Source: a virus (taxonomy: Duplodnaviria; Caudoviricetes). Taken from it: a stretch of 61,321 nt of DNA. Shown here one piece after another: positions 25,544-35,465 of the stretch. Below the pieces are notes generated by a model. The model searched no databases and had not been told where the DNA came from. It saw only the letters and a list, made by a program, of their open reading frames with translations. A program made the translations under genes and the position numbers. The stretch is taken from positions 1 through 61,321 of IMG/VR virus record IMGVR_UViG_3300032134_000002. One strand, 5' to 3'. Every line of letters begins with the position of its first letter. Position 1 is the stretch's first letter.

Positions 25544-25549
25544 AAATGA

Positions 25550-25730
25550 CGAACGGGGCGAGCGAAGCGAGAAACGGATAGGGGTCCCTTGGGGTAAAAA
25601 AGGAAAACAAGGTTCCAATATCGGAATCGGGGAAGGGGGGTGGTTGTGGGACGGAGTCCCAAACCCAGCGAGCCGGGATCATGGAGTATTATTTTGCAAA
25701 TAATTTTTTTAAATTTTCTATACGTGATAC
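25550..25730. other. Early/late divergence region; candidate packaging/terminus region
   Basis: Non-coding; G-runs then an AT-rich tract, directly upstream of the HNH-terS-terL block. Confidence 0.4.
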
Positions 25731-25731
25731 T

Positions 25732-25746
25732 ATAAGCACTGCTAAT
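25732..25746. promoter_or_regulatory. Palindromic operator copy ATAAGCACTGCTAAT
   Basis: At the head of the late arm. Confidence 0.8.
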
Positions 25747-25760
25747 ATATAGTAGGGCTA

Positions 25761-26174
25761 TTGTTGGAAGACTTGCAGAAGAGGCGTGACCAGAAAAATC
25801 GGAGCCAGCAGCGTCGCTATTACAGCGCGGATGGCAGGCCAAAACAGAGTTTCAAGACCGCGAGACGGCGCGCAACGTTAAAAGGACTGGAGTTCACCAT
25901 TACACTCGATTGGATGGTGGATCAGATTGCAAAGCAAGAAGGGCGCTGCGCAATGACGGGGATACTGTTCGACTACACAAAGGACAGACGATACACAAAG
26001 CACCCATACAGTTTAAGTTTGGATCGTATTGACAACGCACAAGGGTATACGCCAGATAACACGCGGGTGGTGTGCGCAATGTACAATTATTGTAAAAACG
26101 TTGCCAGAGACGAGGACGTAGATTTTTTCGCATGGCAATTGATTCAACATAAATTCGGCACTAGACCGAAATAA
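25761..26174 (+). CDS. HNH/His-Me-finger-like endonuclease
   Basis: GRCAMTG..SLDRIDNAQGYTPDN..VVCAMYN..K. Confidence 0.75.
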   Translation: MLEDLQKRRDQKNRSQQRRYYSADGRPKQSFKTARRRATLKGLEFTITLDWMVDQIAKQEGRCAMTGILFDYTKDRRYTKHPYSLSLDRIDNAQGYTPDNTRVVCAMYNYCKNVARDEDVDFFAWQLIQHKFGTRPK

Positions 26175-26177
26175 TAT

Positions 26178-26192
26178 ATAAGCAGTGCTTAT
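26178..26192. promoter_or_regulatory. Palindromic operator copy ATAAGCAGTGCTTAT
   Basis: Between the endonuclease gene and terS. Confidence 0.8.
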
Positions 26193-26203
26193 AGGCCAAC
26201 ATT

Positions 26204-26707
26204 ATGGAACTAGCAGAAGACGCTTTTGAAAAAGAAGTAGAGGTGCTACCGAGGTTAACCCGGCAGCAAGAGCAATTTGTGCGCTTCTATTTACTTGGTT
26301 ATTCATCGCAAGAGGCAGCGAGCAATGCAGGACTCGACAAATACCGTGGCGCACAGCTACTAAAGAGCCCTGTAATCCAACGCACGTTGACCCATTTCAG
26401 GAACATGGAGTTTGAAGCGGTCGCAGTGACGCGTGAGAGCATCACCAAACTGTTCTTTGAGGCGCATCGAAAGAGCGGTACATCGACCGAAGAGGTTGCT
26501 GCACTGCGGGAGATCGCCAAGATGCATGGGCTCTACGAGCCACAAAAGATCCAGACGATCAGCGTAAATATCAACTCGGAGCGGCACATTGAAGCAGCGA
26601 CCGACGCAGATTTACTCAAGTTGGCGGGTCTAGGGGATACGCACTTTGATCCTGGTGCAACGGTCGATGGCGAATTTACAGAAGTGGGGGTGGCTGGTGA
26701 CAGTTAA
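26204..26707 (+). CDS. terS: Terminase small subunit
   Basis: LTRQQEQFVRFYL..EAASNAG N-terminus; position before terL. Confidence 0.8.
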   Translation: MELAEDAFEKEVEVLPRLTRQQEQFVRFYLLGYSSQEAASNAGLDKYRGAQLLKSPVIQRTLTHFRNMEFEAVAVTRESITKLFFEAHRKSGTSTEEVAALREIAKMHGLYEPQKIQTISVNINSERHIEAATDADLLKLAGLGDTHFDPGATVDGEFTEVGVAGDS

Positions 26708-28496
26708 AGACACGAAAAAATGTTCGTTTTGCAATGAAGAACGTCCGTTGACGCTGTTCAGCAATGAAAAAGCTCAAACGGTCTGCCAGAAGTGCAAGAA
26801 TTTCGGTGATCGCCGTGCCTATCAGGCCATCATCAAGGACCCGAAGCGTAAGTGGGAGTTCTTGAAAGAAAAAGAAGATGAACATAAGGCTCGGGCAGCG
26901 GAAATGAACGTGAAGCTGCATAAAAAACGCGTAAAACAGTCGGAACGAGACACGTTGGAAAAGCAAGACCTAGGCAAACAGCCTGATTTCAAAGACGACG
27001 AGGGTGTTTTTGACCCTCAGATGGCGGCGAAGGCCGAATTAGCGAAGCGCGAGCTGGCTCGGAGGCACCTGTTGCCCTTTGTGCAACGGTTCAACGAGCA
27101 GTACATCCCGGGTTGGGTGCACAAGGACATTTGTTTGCGCCTTGAGCAGTTTTCAGACGACGTTGCGGCTAAAAAGTCACCGCGTTTGATGCTGTTCATG
27201 CCGCCGCGCCACGGAAAATCCGAATTGGCGTCAAAAACCTTCCCTGCATGGCACCTTGGGCGTTACCCAAATCACGAATTCATTGCCTGTTCCTACTCTG
27301 GCTCGTTGGCCATGGGGTTTTCGCGCAAAGTGCGTGGTCTGTTGCGTGATACGCAGTACCACTCGCTGTTTGAAACGCGACTTGACCCTGAATCGCAGTC
27401 CGCTGAGCAATGGCTAACGTCCGTTGGCGGTGGTTACACCGCAGCGGGTGTAGGTGGTGCGATCACAGGTAAGGGTGCCCACATTTTAGTCATCGATGAC
27501 CCCGTAAAAAACCGCGATGAAGCGGAATCGGCGGTGTCGCGACAAAGTGCCAAGGACTGGTACACGTCAACGGCCTATACACGTCTCTCACCGGGCGGTG
27601 GCGTACTGGTGATCCTAACCCGTTGGCACGATGATGACCTCGCAGGCTGGCTCCTAGAGCAGGAGAAAGACGGCGGCGACACATGGGAAGTGATCAAGTA
27701 CCCCGCCATTGCCGAAGAGGACGAAAAATACCGCCGTAAGAACGAACCATTGCACCCTGCACGGTACGATTCGGACGCATTGATGCGGATTCAGAAGGCC
27801 GTCGGTCCCCGTGACTGGTCAGCGCTGTATCAACAAAACCCAGTTGCCGACGAGGGTGATTATTTCAAAGTTGGCATGTTCAAGTACTACCGCGAGGGGC
27901 TGCTCGATAAGAAAAAGCTCAAGGTGTATTGCGCATGGGACCTTGCGATTGGTAAAGCGGACCGAAATGACTTCTCAGTGGGCGTCGTGGTGGGCATTGA
28001 CCAAGACGACAAGATGTATGTCATGCACGTTGAGCGTGGTAAGTGGGACGGTTACGAGTTAGTGGAGAAAATCCTCGACGTTTATGAGGAATATCGCCCA
28101 TCGATCGTTGGTATAGAACGAGGTCACATCGAAATGGCCCTTGGTCCGTTCCTACACAAGCGCATTGCAGAGCGAAAACTGCATGAAATGTACGTGAAAG
28201 AGTTAAAAACAGGGCGCAGAGACAAAGAAGCTCGTGCCCGTGCCATCCAAGGCCGGATGCAACAGGGAATGGTGTTTTTCCCCAAATTTGAATTGTGGAA
28301 TGCAGGTCTCATGGCCGAGATGCTGCGTTTTCCAAACGGTGTACACGATGACCAAGTCGATGGCTTGGCGTGGGTCGGACTCATGATGTCCGAATTCAGC
28401 ACCGTAGTAGATAAAAAAGAGTCCGCCCCATCGTGGAAAGACAAACTCCCAGGATTATTGGCCCCGAACCACCGTAAATCAGCGATGAGTGCATAG
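26697..28496 (+). CDS. terL: Terminase large subunit
   Basis: MPPRHGKS, VIDDPVK, TRWHDDD, AWDLA and HDDQVD motifs. Confidence 0.95.
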   Translation: MTVKDTKKCSFCNEERPLTLFSNEKAQTVCQKCKNFGDRRAYQAIIKDPKRKWEFLKEKEDEHKARAAEMNVKLHKKRVKQSERDTLEKQDLGKQPDFKDDEGVFDPQMAAKAELAKRELARRHLLPFVQRFNEQYIPGWVHKDICLRLEQFSDDVAAKKSPRLMLFMPPRHGKSELASKTFPAWHLGRYPNHEFIACSYSGSLAMGFSRKVRGLLRDTQYHSLFETRLDPESQSAEQWLTSVGGGYTAAGVGGAITGKGAHILVIDDPVKNRDEAESAVSRQSAKDWYTSTAYTRLSPGGGVLVILTRWHDDDLAGWLLEQEKDGGDTWEVIKYPAIAEEDEKYRRKNEPLHPARYDSDALMRIQKAVGPRDWSALYQQNPVADEGDYFKVGMFKYYREGLLDKKKLKVYCAWDLAIGKADRNDFSVGVVVGIDQDDKMYVMHVERGKWDGYELVEKILDVYEEYRPSIVGIERGHIEMALGPFLHKRIAERKLHEMYVKELKTGRRDKEARARAIQGRMQQGMVFFPKFELWNAGLMAEMLRFPNGVHDDQVDGLAWVGLMMSEFSTVVDKKESAPSWKDKLPGLLAPNHRKSAMSA

Positions 28497-28498
28497 CT

Positions 28499-30595
28499 AT
28501 GGCAAAGAAGACGAAGACCGATCCCCTTAAAGAAGGCAAGATTGTAGAAACAAACTGGGCTCGGTACGTTCGGGCACGAGATGCAGGTCATCTCGACTAC
28601 ATAAAGACCGCAATGAAATGCGACCGATACTATCGGGGCGAGCAGTGGGACCAAACAGACATTGATGCGTTGGATTCAGAGGGTCGCCCACACCTAACGA
28701 TCAACACCATTTTGAGTACTGTTAACACCATACTGGGGGAGCAAGCCTCTAAACGTGCTGACACGCAGTTCAAGCCCCGACGTAACTCCTCAGATGAGGT
28801 TGCGGCAGTGCTCACCAAACTGTACATGCAGATTAGTGACAATAACCAGTACGATTATTTGGAAAGTCAGGTGTTTTCTGACGGTGTAATCCAAGATCGT
28901 GGCTATTTTGACATCCGCATGAATTTCGATGACCACATCGAGGGCGAAGTGCAGGTCACGGCGGAAGACCCACTGGACATTTTGCCTGACCCGGACGCCA
29001 AGGACTATGACCCAACCACATGGAATGAGGTGATTAAGACCAAATGGTTGAGTTTAGACGACATTGAGCAGCAATATGGCCAAGAAAAAGCCGACCGACT
29101 GCGCACAATTGCCGAAAATGGCGAGCATTTAGGCCGTGATTCAATGGATGTAGCCGAGGCACGCGACGTGACCTACGGTGACACCATGAATAGTGAGGTA
29201 CGTGGGGGTGATTTTGACGATAAACGCACCCTGAAAGCCGTCCGAGTGGTCGAAAGGCAGCACAGAAAACTGGTAATGACCCCACATTTTGTTGATCCAA
29301 AGACAAAAGACATGCGTCAGGTGCCAGAATCCTGGGACGAGGAGCGCACGGAGCTGTTTGCCAAGGAATATGGCCTAGGCATGCTTAAAAAGCTGATTAA
29401 AAAGGTCCGGTGGACCATCACAGCGGACAATGTTGTGTTGCACGATGACTGGTCACCTTATAAAAACTTCACCATTGTGCCTTACTTCCCTTATTTTAGG
29501 CGTGGTAAGCCATTTGGTATGGTTCGCAACCTGCTTTCGCCTCAAGAACAGCTGAACAAGATCAGTTCACAAGAGCTGCACATTGTGAATACCACAGCGA
29601 ACAGCGGCTGGATCGTGGAAACAGGCTCGTTAAACGGGATGACCTCGGACGATTTGGCAGCGCGCGGTGCCGCAACGGGTCTAGTACTTGAGTATAACCG
29701 TGGTTCTAGTGCTCCAGCGAAGATCTCCCCGAACCAAATCCCAACGGGCCTTGATCGTATTGGTATGAAAGCCGCCAATAACATCAAAGAGATCTCAGGC
29801 GTGTCTGATTCAATGCTGGGTCAGGACAGCGCAGAGGTGTCAGGTGTAGCGATTCAGGCCAAGCAAAATCGTGGTCAGATCCAAATCCAAGTGCCACTGG
29901 ATAATTTAGCCAAGACACGCATGTATGTTGCCCAGAATATCCTGTGCCTAGTGCAATCGTTCTACTCCGAGGAGCGCGTAATCCAGATTACCCGTGACGA
30001 CGACCCAATGAAACCCCGCGAAGAGATCGTGTTGAATCAAATGACGCCAGAAGGCGAAGTGATAAATGATATGACCGTCGGTGAGTATGACGTGGTAATT
30101 GCAACCATGCCAGCGCGTGACAGTTTCGACGAGTCCCAATTCGCGGAAGCCTTGCAACTACGTCAGGTGGGCATCGCGATTCCGGACGACGCCATTATTG
30201 AGTATTCGCATTTGCAGCGTAAAGGCGAATTGGCCAAGCGTATTCGTATGTTGACCGGTGTTGAACAGTCACCTGAACAGCAAGAAGCCGCACAGATGCA
30301 ACAACAAATCCAAATGGAACAGGTCAAGTTGGAGCTACAGAAGCTACAAGCCGAGGCTGCAAACCTTCAGTCGCAAGCCATGCTCAATACGGCGAAGGCA
30401 AACGACTTAGAAACGCAGCCTGACAAAGAAATGGCTGAACTAGAACTTCGTATGGAGCAGAAGCGACAAGAACTGGATGTCCGTATGCAGCTGGCCGAAT
30501 TATCCTCGATCCAAAAACAGCAAGCATCCGAGACCCAAGCAACCACCAAGATCGCGGCAGAGATGATGCGGCTCGGTGGTCAACAAGAGGCTTAA
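28499..30595 (+). CDS. Portal protein (P22/933W-like)
   Basis: YYRGEQW..GRP.LTIN, GMVRNL.SPQ, SGVAIQ; Gln-rich C-terminal coil; follows terL. Confidence 0.9.
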   Translation: MAKKTKTDPLKEGKIVETNWARYVRARDAGHLDYIKTAMKCDRYYRGEQWDQTDIDALDSEGRPHLTINTILSTVNTILGEQASKRADTQFKPRRNSSDEVAAVLTKLYMQISDNNQYDYLESQVFSDGVIQDRGYFDIRMNFDDHIEGEVQVTAEDPLDILPDPDAKDYDPTTWNEVIKTKWLSLDDIEQQYGQEKADRLRTIAENGEHLGRDSMDVAEARDVTYGDTMNSEVRGGDFDDKRTLKAVRVVERQHRKLVMTPHFVDPKTKDMRQVPESWDEERTELFAKEYGLGMLKKLIKKVRWTITADNVVLHDDWSPYKNFTIVPYFPYFRRGKPFGMVRNLLSPQEQLNKISSQELHIVNTTANSGWIVETGSLNGMTSDDLAARGAATGLVLEYNRGSSAPAKISPNQIPTGLDRIGMKAANNIKEISGVSDSMLGQDSAEVSGVAIQAKQNRGQIQIQVPLDNLAKTRMYVAQNILCLVQSFYSEERVIQITRDDDPMKPREEIVLNQMTPEGEVINDMTVGEYDVVIATMPARDSFDESQFAEALQLRQVGIAIPDDAIIEYSHLQRKGELAKRIRMLTGVEQSPEQQEAAQMQQQIQMEQVKLELQKLQAEAANLQSQAMLNTAKANDLETQPDKEMAELELRMEQKRQELDVRMQLAELSSIQKQQASETQATTKIAAEMMRLGGQQEA

Positions 30596-30642
30596 AAGCC
30601 CAAGCATGTAGTACTTTAAAATTAATATAACTTGGAGGCCCT

Positions 30643-31671
30643 ATGCCTAAATCCAATGCAGCAGAAAACTTAGAACACGATGAAAGCTATGACCAATTTG
30701 CAGGAGCCGATGCAATCGAACAGGACGACCTTGAGGGCCTTGATCGCGGTGACGATCCAGAGGCTGTGGTTGAGGAAACCACCGAGGAAGTTGCCGAGGA
30801 AACCACCGAGGAAGTTGCCCAGGAAGTTGCCGAGGTAGAAGCTACTGAGGGCGACGCAGAAGCCGCTGTGAGCGACGAACTCGAGGAAGAGGAAGTCGTA
30901 GAAGAGGACGTAGAAGAGACCGCTGAAGAGACCGCTGAAGAGGCTCCTGAAGAGACCGAGAAGGCCGAGGAAAAGCCACACATGGTGCCGAAGTCCCGTA
31001 TGGACGAAGAGATCGCTCGACGCCGCCAACTGGAGGACCGTTTAGCGAAATTGGAAGAGGCCGCTAAGCCCAAGGAACCAGAAAAACCAGAATTCGATTT
31101 CGATTCTAAGGAAGCTGAGTACATGGAAGCTGTCTTGGATGGTGAGACGGACAAGGCAAAAGCGGTGCGCAAAGAGATTCGTACAGCGGAACGTGAAGCA
31201 ATGGCCAGCGAGCTGCGAAATGACATCAGTAACACAACTAATGTCACCAAACAGCAGTTGGATTTAGATGCTGCCGTGGCGGACATGGTTGCTGCGTACC
31301 CAGTGTTGGACACATCCAGTGACCAGGCCAATCAGGAGATGATCCAGGAAGCCAACGAACTGATGGGAATGTACGCTGATACAGGCATGCCATCGGCAGA
31401 CGCACTGCGTAAAGCGGTTCGTTTAACCTTGGCATCCAATGCGCCGGAATTGCTCCAGCCAAAAGCTGTTGCGACAAAGCCCGCAGCCAAGAAACGCACA
31501 ACGAACGTTGAGCAGAAACTGGAAGCCGCGAATAAGCAGCCAGCGAAATTAGCGGGCGAGAGTGCGACCACACGGACTGAAGAAACGATCGACATCACCA
31601 TGATGACTGATACGGACTTTGACAAGTTGTCTGAAGCCCAAATGAAGCGTTTACGCGGTGATTTCGGCTAA
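30643..31671 (+). CDS. Capsid scaffolding protein
   Basis: Acidic low-complexity N-terminus, MVPKSRMDE, C-terminal FDKLSEAQMKRLRGD; lies between portal and capsid. Confidence 0.8.
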   Translation: MPKSNAAENLEHDESYDQFAGADAIEQDDLEGLDRGDDPEAVVEETTEEVAEETTEEVAQEVAEVEATEGDAEAAVSDELEEEEVVEEDVEETAEETAEEAPEETEKAEEKPHMVPKSRMDEEIARRRQLEDRLAKLEEAAKPKEPEKPEFDFDSKEAEYMEAVLDGETDKAKAVRKEIRTAEREAMASELRNDISNTTNVTKQQLDLDAAVADMVAAYPVLDTSSDQANQEMIQEANELMGMYADTGMPSADALRKAVRLTLASNAPELLQPKAVATKPAAKKRTTNVEQKLEAANKQPAKLAGESATTRTEETIDITMMTDTDFDKLSEAQMKRLRGDFG

Positions 31672-31928
31672 TGCGAGAGGCAATTACGACTGCCTACGTC
31701 GAGGAGCATCCAGAACTGCTGTTTTTCGATGGTTTGGATGAGGCCATTATCGGCGTTAATTTGTGCATGAGTGGTAACCCTAGGGTTGCCTACTCGGCCC
31801 ACAAGATCATGGTATGCCTCGCAGAACGGGGCATGGGGTATGGAGAAGCAAAGGAGTTTATGGAGTTCAACATCGAGAGTGCGTACCTCGGTGAGTACAC
31901 GCCAGCGGTGATTGATGACCTGTTCTAG
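31671..31928 (+). CDS. Small phage protein
   Basis: DGLDEAIIGV..EAKEFMEFNI..AYLGEYTP pattern; TAATG overlap. Confidence 0.7.
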   Translation: MREAITTAYVEEHPELLFFDGLDEAIIGVNLCMSGNPRVAYSAHKIMVCLAERGMGYGEAKEFMEFNIESAYLGEYTPAVIDDLF

Positions 31929-31952
31929 CGCGGTCATCGTTTCCCTTAATAT

Positions 31953-31967
31953 ATAAGCTGTGCTAAT
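31953..31967. promoter_or_regulatory. Palindromic operator copy ATAAGCTGTGCTAAT
   Basis: 5' boundary of the capsid leader. Confidence 0.8.
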
Positions 31968-31988
31968 ATATACGCAAAGGCCCGTCTT

Positions 31989-32162
31989 ACAGTACGACAA
32001 CTGTCCAGGCCTAAGTTTTTCGACTGCCACACGATACGTGGTAGCCCTCGCCTAGCTCAATAAGGCCATGAGTTCGTCCCTCTTTAAAAGGTCGCTATTT
32101 CGTTCGGACACGACACGTCCAACACATGCAGTGGTTGTCGCCCCTGCTTGATGAATGGCGAC
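31989..32162 (+). ncRNA. Structured capsid-gene leader with three ACGAYA-loop hairpins
   Basis: Hairpins at 31989-32004, 32024-32044 and 32102-32123, plus a GTCGCC/GGCGAC stem at 32137-32162. Confidence 0.6.
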
Positions 32163-32166
32163 TTTT

Positions 32167-32181
32167 ATAAGCAGCACTAAT
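32167..32181. promoter_or_regulatory. Operator variant ATAAGCAGCACTAAT
   Basis: One mismatch; just upstream of the capsid SD. Confidence 0.65.
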
Positions 32182-32203
32182 ATTATCTAAGAGGTAAATA
32201 CTC

Positions 32204-33313
32204 ATGGCATTAACTAATTTTGCCGCTCTGACTTCAGAGCAAAAGACCGTATGGTCCCGTGATTTTTGGAAAGCAGCTCGAAATGCTTCCTTCATCAACC
32301 AATTCGCAGGCACTGGCTCTAACGCCATGGTTCAGCGTATCACTGACTTAACCAAGAGTGAGAAGGGCGCACGCGCTGTTTTAACTCTACTTGCCGATTT
32401 GTCTGGCGACGGTGTTGTAGGCGACTACACATTGGAAGGCAATGAAGAAGCGCTATCTAGCTCTGACATCATTGTTCGCATTGACCAGTTGCGTAATGCA
32501 AACCGTTTGGCTGGCCGTTTGGCTGACCAGAAGTCCATTGTTAATTTCCGTGAAGCCTCTAAGGACGCCTTGGCGTACTGGATCGCTGACCGTATGGACC
32601 AAGTAGCATTCTTAACCTTGTCTGGCTTGGCATACACCAAGAAGAACAACGGTGGTGCTCGTGCTGTAAATGCAACTGGCCAAAACTTAGGTGACATGGA
32701 ATACGCCGGTGACGTAACTGCACCAACCAGCCAGCGTCATTTGATCGCTAAAGCTGATGGTACTGTTGCTACAGGCAACTTAACCGCTTCTGACATCATG
32801 GGCTACAAGACAATTGTAAACCTTAAAGCCTACGCCAAAGACCACTATATCCGTGGTGTACGTGGTAAAGGTGGTGAAGAGATGTTCCACATGTTCGTAA
32901 CCCCACAAGGCATGGCTGACTTGAAGTTAGACTCTGACTTCTTGGCCAACGTTCGTAACGCAGGTGTTCGAGGTTCAGGTAACGGTTTGTTCTCTGGTAC
33001 TTCAAGCGTAATGGTAGACGGCGTGATGGTTCACGAATTCCGCCATGTATACGACACCTCTGGTGAAGCGTCTGGTTCTAAGTTTGGTGCTTCTGGCACA
33101 GTAGACGGCCAACGCGCTTTGTTCTGTGGTGCACAGGCATTGGCATTAGCTGACATTAACGATGCAGACTGGGTTGAAGAAACCTATGACTACGGTAACC
33201 AGCATGGTATCTCCGTAGGTAAGATTCTAGGCTTCCGTAAGCCTAAGTACACCAGCATGGTAACTGGCGACACCCAAGATTTTGGTGTGATCGCATTAGA
33301 CACCGCGCTGTAA
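32204..33313 (+). CDS. Major capsid protein (N4-gp56/DUF4043-like)
   Basis: DGVVGDYTLEGNEEAL, IDQLRNA, RALFCGAQAL and DYGNQHGI motifs; strongly biased codons. Confidence 0.9.
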   Translation: MALTNFAALTSEQKTVWSRDFWKAARNASFINQFAGTGSNAMVQRITDLTKSEKGARAVLTLLADLSGDGVVGDYTLEGNEEALSSSDIIVRIDQLRNANRLAGRLADQKSIVNFREASKDALAYWIADRMDQVAFLTLSGLAYTKKNNGGARAVNATGQNLGDMEYAGDVTAPTSQRHLIAKADGTVATGNLTASDIMGYKTIVNLKAYAKDHYIRGVRGKGGEEMFHMFVTPQGMADLKLDSDFLANVRNAGVRGSGNGLFSGTSSVMVDGVMVHEFRHVYDTSGEASGSKFGASGTVDGQRALFCGAQALALADINDADWVEETYDYGNQHGISVGKILGFRKPKYTSMVTGDTQDFGVIALDTAL

Positions 33314-33329
33314 CCCAATAGGGCCTCTT

Positions 33330-33361
33330 CCCCCGGCCTAGCGTAGCGTCGGGGGCTTTTT
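33330..33361 (+). terminator. Probable terminator after capsid gene
   Basis: CCCCCGGC/GTCGGGGG stem then CTTTTT. Confidence 0.55.
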
Positions 33362-33373
33362 GGAGTTTTTATT

Positions 33374-33748
33374 ATGTTGATTTCTGATAAGGCACTGCAC
33401 ATTGCTTCTCTAAGCGGACAATCCGTTTGGTTCGAGGCTGGCGTAGCGCAAGAAGTCCCCCCACTTATAGTGGACGAATGTATTGCTGCGGGTGCATACC
33501 CAGTCGGCAAACAACCACAGACAAAAAAATCAGTTGCTACATCTGCAACGGTTGAAGTAGATGAAGTCTCAGATGAGGATCAAGCTATGGAAATCATGGC
33601 CGCAATTGAGCAACTGATGGATAAAGGTGACAACAAAGCCTTTTCAAAAAATGGTGATCCCAGAGTCCGCAGTATCGAGAAGATACTGGGCTACGACATC
33701 ACCTCTCAGCAACGGGATACAGCTTGGGCTGAACTAAGTGAGGCGTAA
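33374..33748 (+). CDS. Hypothetical head-associated protein
   Basis: Position after capsid; GGAG SD. Confidence 0.7.
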   Translation: MLISDKALHIASLSGQSVWFEAGVAQEVPPLIVDECIAAGAYPVGKQPQTKKSVATSATVEVDEVSDEDQAMEIMAAIEQLMDKGDNKAFSKNGDPRVRSIEKILGYDITSQQRDTAWAELSEA

Positions 33749-34401
33749 TGGCCATTGCAGCGAATGATATCATTAGTAAAGCACAGATTGTCCTGCAAGA
33801 TGTCGCGGGAGGCCGTTGGTCTTCTGCGGAGTTGCTGGGGTGGCTAAACGATGGGCAGCGAGAAATATGCTTGCTCAAACCTTCCGTAAGCGCAACCAAC
33901 CAATCCATAGCGATGGTTGCAGGCACTAAGCAGGCAATCCCGGCTACTGGTCTCCAAGTATTGCGGATTGTGCGCAATTTAAGCAGTGCGGGGGCAGGCG
34001 GAAAAGTGATCCGTGTAATCAGTCGTGATGTGCTCGATGTACGGCAACCACTTTGGCACAGCGTGACAGGCACAACAGTTGCTGACCACTACACCTTCGA
34101 TGAGCTAGACCCACGTACGTTTTACGTTTACCCGCCAAATGATGGCAACGGGCACGTCGAGGTTGTTTACGCCGTAGAGCCAACGCAAGTTGCATCAGGT
34201 GGGAATATCTCTATCCCAGACATCCACACGAATAATTTGCTGGACTACATCCTTTATCGTGCATACGCGAAAGAAGCCGACCACGCGGGCAACGAGCAGC
34301 GCAGCCACCAGCATTATAAAGCGATGGTCAGCTCCCTCGGCATAAAGATCCAGTTGGACTCCGTAACCAGCCCGAATACGCGCACAGTCGCACAGGTATA
34401 A
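33748..34401 (+). CDS. Head-tail adaptor-like protein
   Basis: LQD..RWS.AELL.WLNDGQREI...FYVYPP..LLDYILYRAY.K. Confidence 0.75.
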   Translation: MAIAANDIISKAQIVLQDVAGGRWSSAELLGWLNDGQREICLLKPSVSATNQSIAMVAGTKQAIPATGLQVLRIVRNLSSAGAGGKVIRVISRDVLDVRQPLWHSVTGTTVADHYTFDELDPRTFYVYPPNDGNGHVEVVYAVEPTQVASGGNISIPDIHTNNLLDYILYRAYAKEADHAGNEQRSHQHYKAMVSSLGIKIQLDSVTSPNTRTVAQV

Positions 34402-34404
34402 CCC

Positions 34405-35031
34405 ATGAATTACAAAGACATGGTCAGCCTACTTCCATACCACATTGCAGGTTGCCCTGACTTTGTGGCGGAAAAGGCGATTAAAGATGCAGTGCTCAGC
34501 TTCTGTAAACGCAGCGGGGCATATCGGGCAACCCTCGACCCAATCATGACAGTTTCAGGTCTGTTCGAGTACGATGTTGACCTCCCGAAGAACACAAACA
34601 TTGTTGAGGTTCACTCAGTCACCCTAGGTGACAAAGAGATTGAACCCGATACTGAACAGGGCGCAACTCATGCGAACCCAAAGTGGCGGACTGAAAAAGC
34701 CACACCAACGAACTACATTCGTACGGACAATAAGACGTTGTATTTGGTCCCTGCACCTATCAAAGCGGGTGATGTGGTCACTGTGTATGCGTCGATAAAA
34801 CCGACATTGTCTGCCACGAGCATCTCAACCAGTTTTGTAGAAGACTATGTTGACGGCATCATGGCTGGTGCTTTAGCCAACCTGTTTAACGCACACGACA
34901 TGCCGTGGGCTAACCCCCAGCGCGCAATGAAACATGAGGCCGAATTTGAGGCCCACATTCGCGATGCTAGAAACAAAGCGGATGGCCGAAGAGGGTCAAC
35001 CCGCAGGACCGTTCAGTACGGTGGCCTGTAA
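34405..35031 (+). CDS. Second adaptor/tail tube-like protein
   Basis: GCPDFVAE.AI.DA...FC; GALA.L...PWANP. Confidence 0.65.
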   Translation: MNYKDMVSLLPYHIAGCPDFVAEKAIKDAVLSFCKRSGAYRATLDPIMTVSGLFEYDVDLPKNTNIVEVHSVTLGDKEIEPDTEQGATHANPKWRTEKATPTNYIRTDNKTLYLVPAPIKAGDVVTVYASIKPTLSATSISTSFVEDYVDGIMAGALANLFNAHDMPWANPQRAMKHEAEFEAHIRDARNKADGRRGSTRRTVQYGGL

Positions 35032-35465
35032 TGGTAGAGCTGATCCCCGCAACGAAAGCCAGTATCCGTAAAAACTACGAGTATTTTCACGGCGGCATGT
35101 TGGAAATAATCCGCAAAGTGAGAGCGGAGTTTTTGCCTGCTGACATCTACCATCAGCTGATGTCGGGCGAGATCCACTTGTATTGGGTTGAGGATGGATC
35201 AGACCGTTTAGGTTTTACAATACTCAGCCAATACGATTCAGGCTATGAGCGGGTTCCCACGTTAATGATTGACCACCTTTGGTTACGTCAAGGCGTAAAT
35301 GTGTTCGCCGAGGCTGTAGCCGCAGGGTATGACCTAGCCGCCGAAATAGGCGTTGAACGTATTGAATTCAATTCTGCCCGTTTGGGCTGGGGCAAACGGG
35401 TAAAGGAACTGGGTTTCTCTCCTGTCTGCGTAACATATCGATGTCAGGTGAACAAAAATGGGTAG
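35031..35465 (+). CDS. GNAT-fold-like virion assembly protein
   Basis: IEFNSARLGW..LGF; typical position before podovirus ejection proteins. Confidence 0.5.
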   Translation: MVELIPATKASIRKNYEYFHGGMLEIIRKVRAEFLPADIYHQLMSGEIHLYWVEDGSDRLGFTILSQYDSGYERVPTLMIDHLWLRQGVNVFAEAVAAGYDLAAEIGVERIEFNSARLGWGKRVKELGFSPVCVTYRCQVNKNG

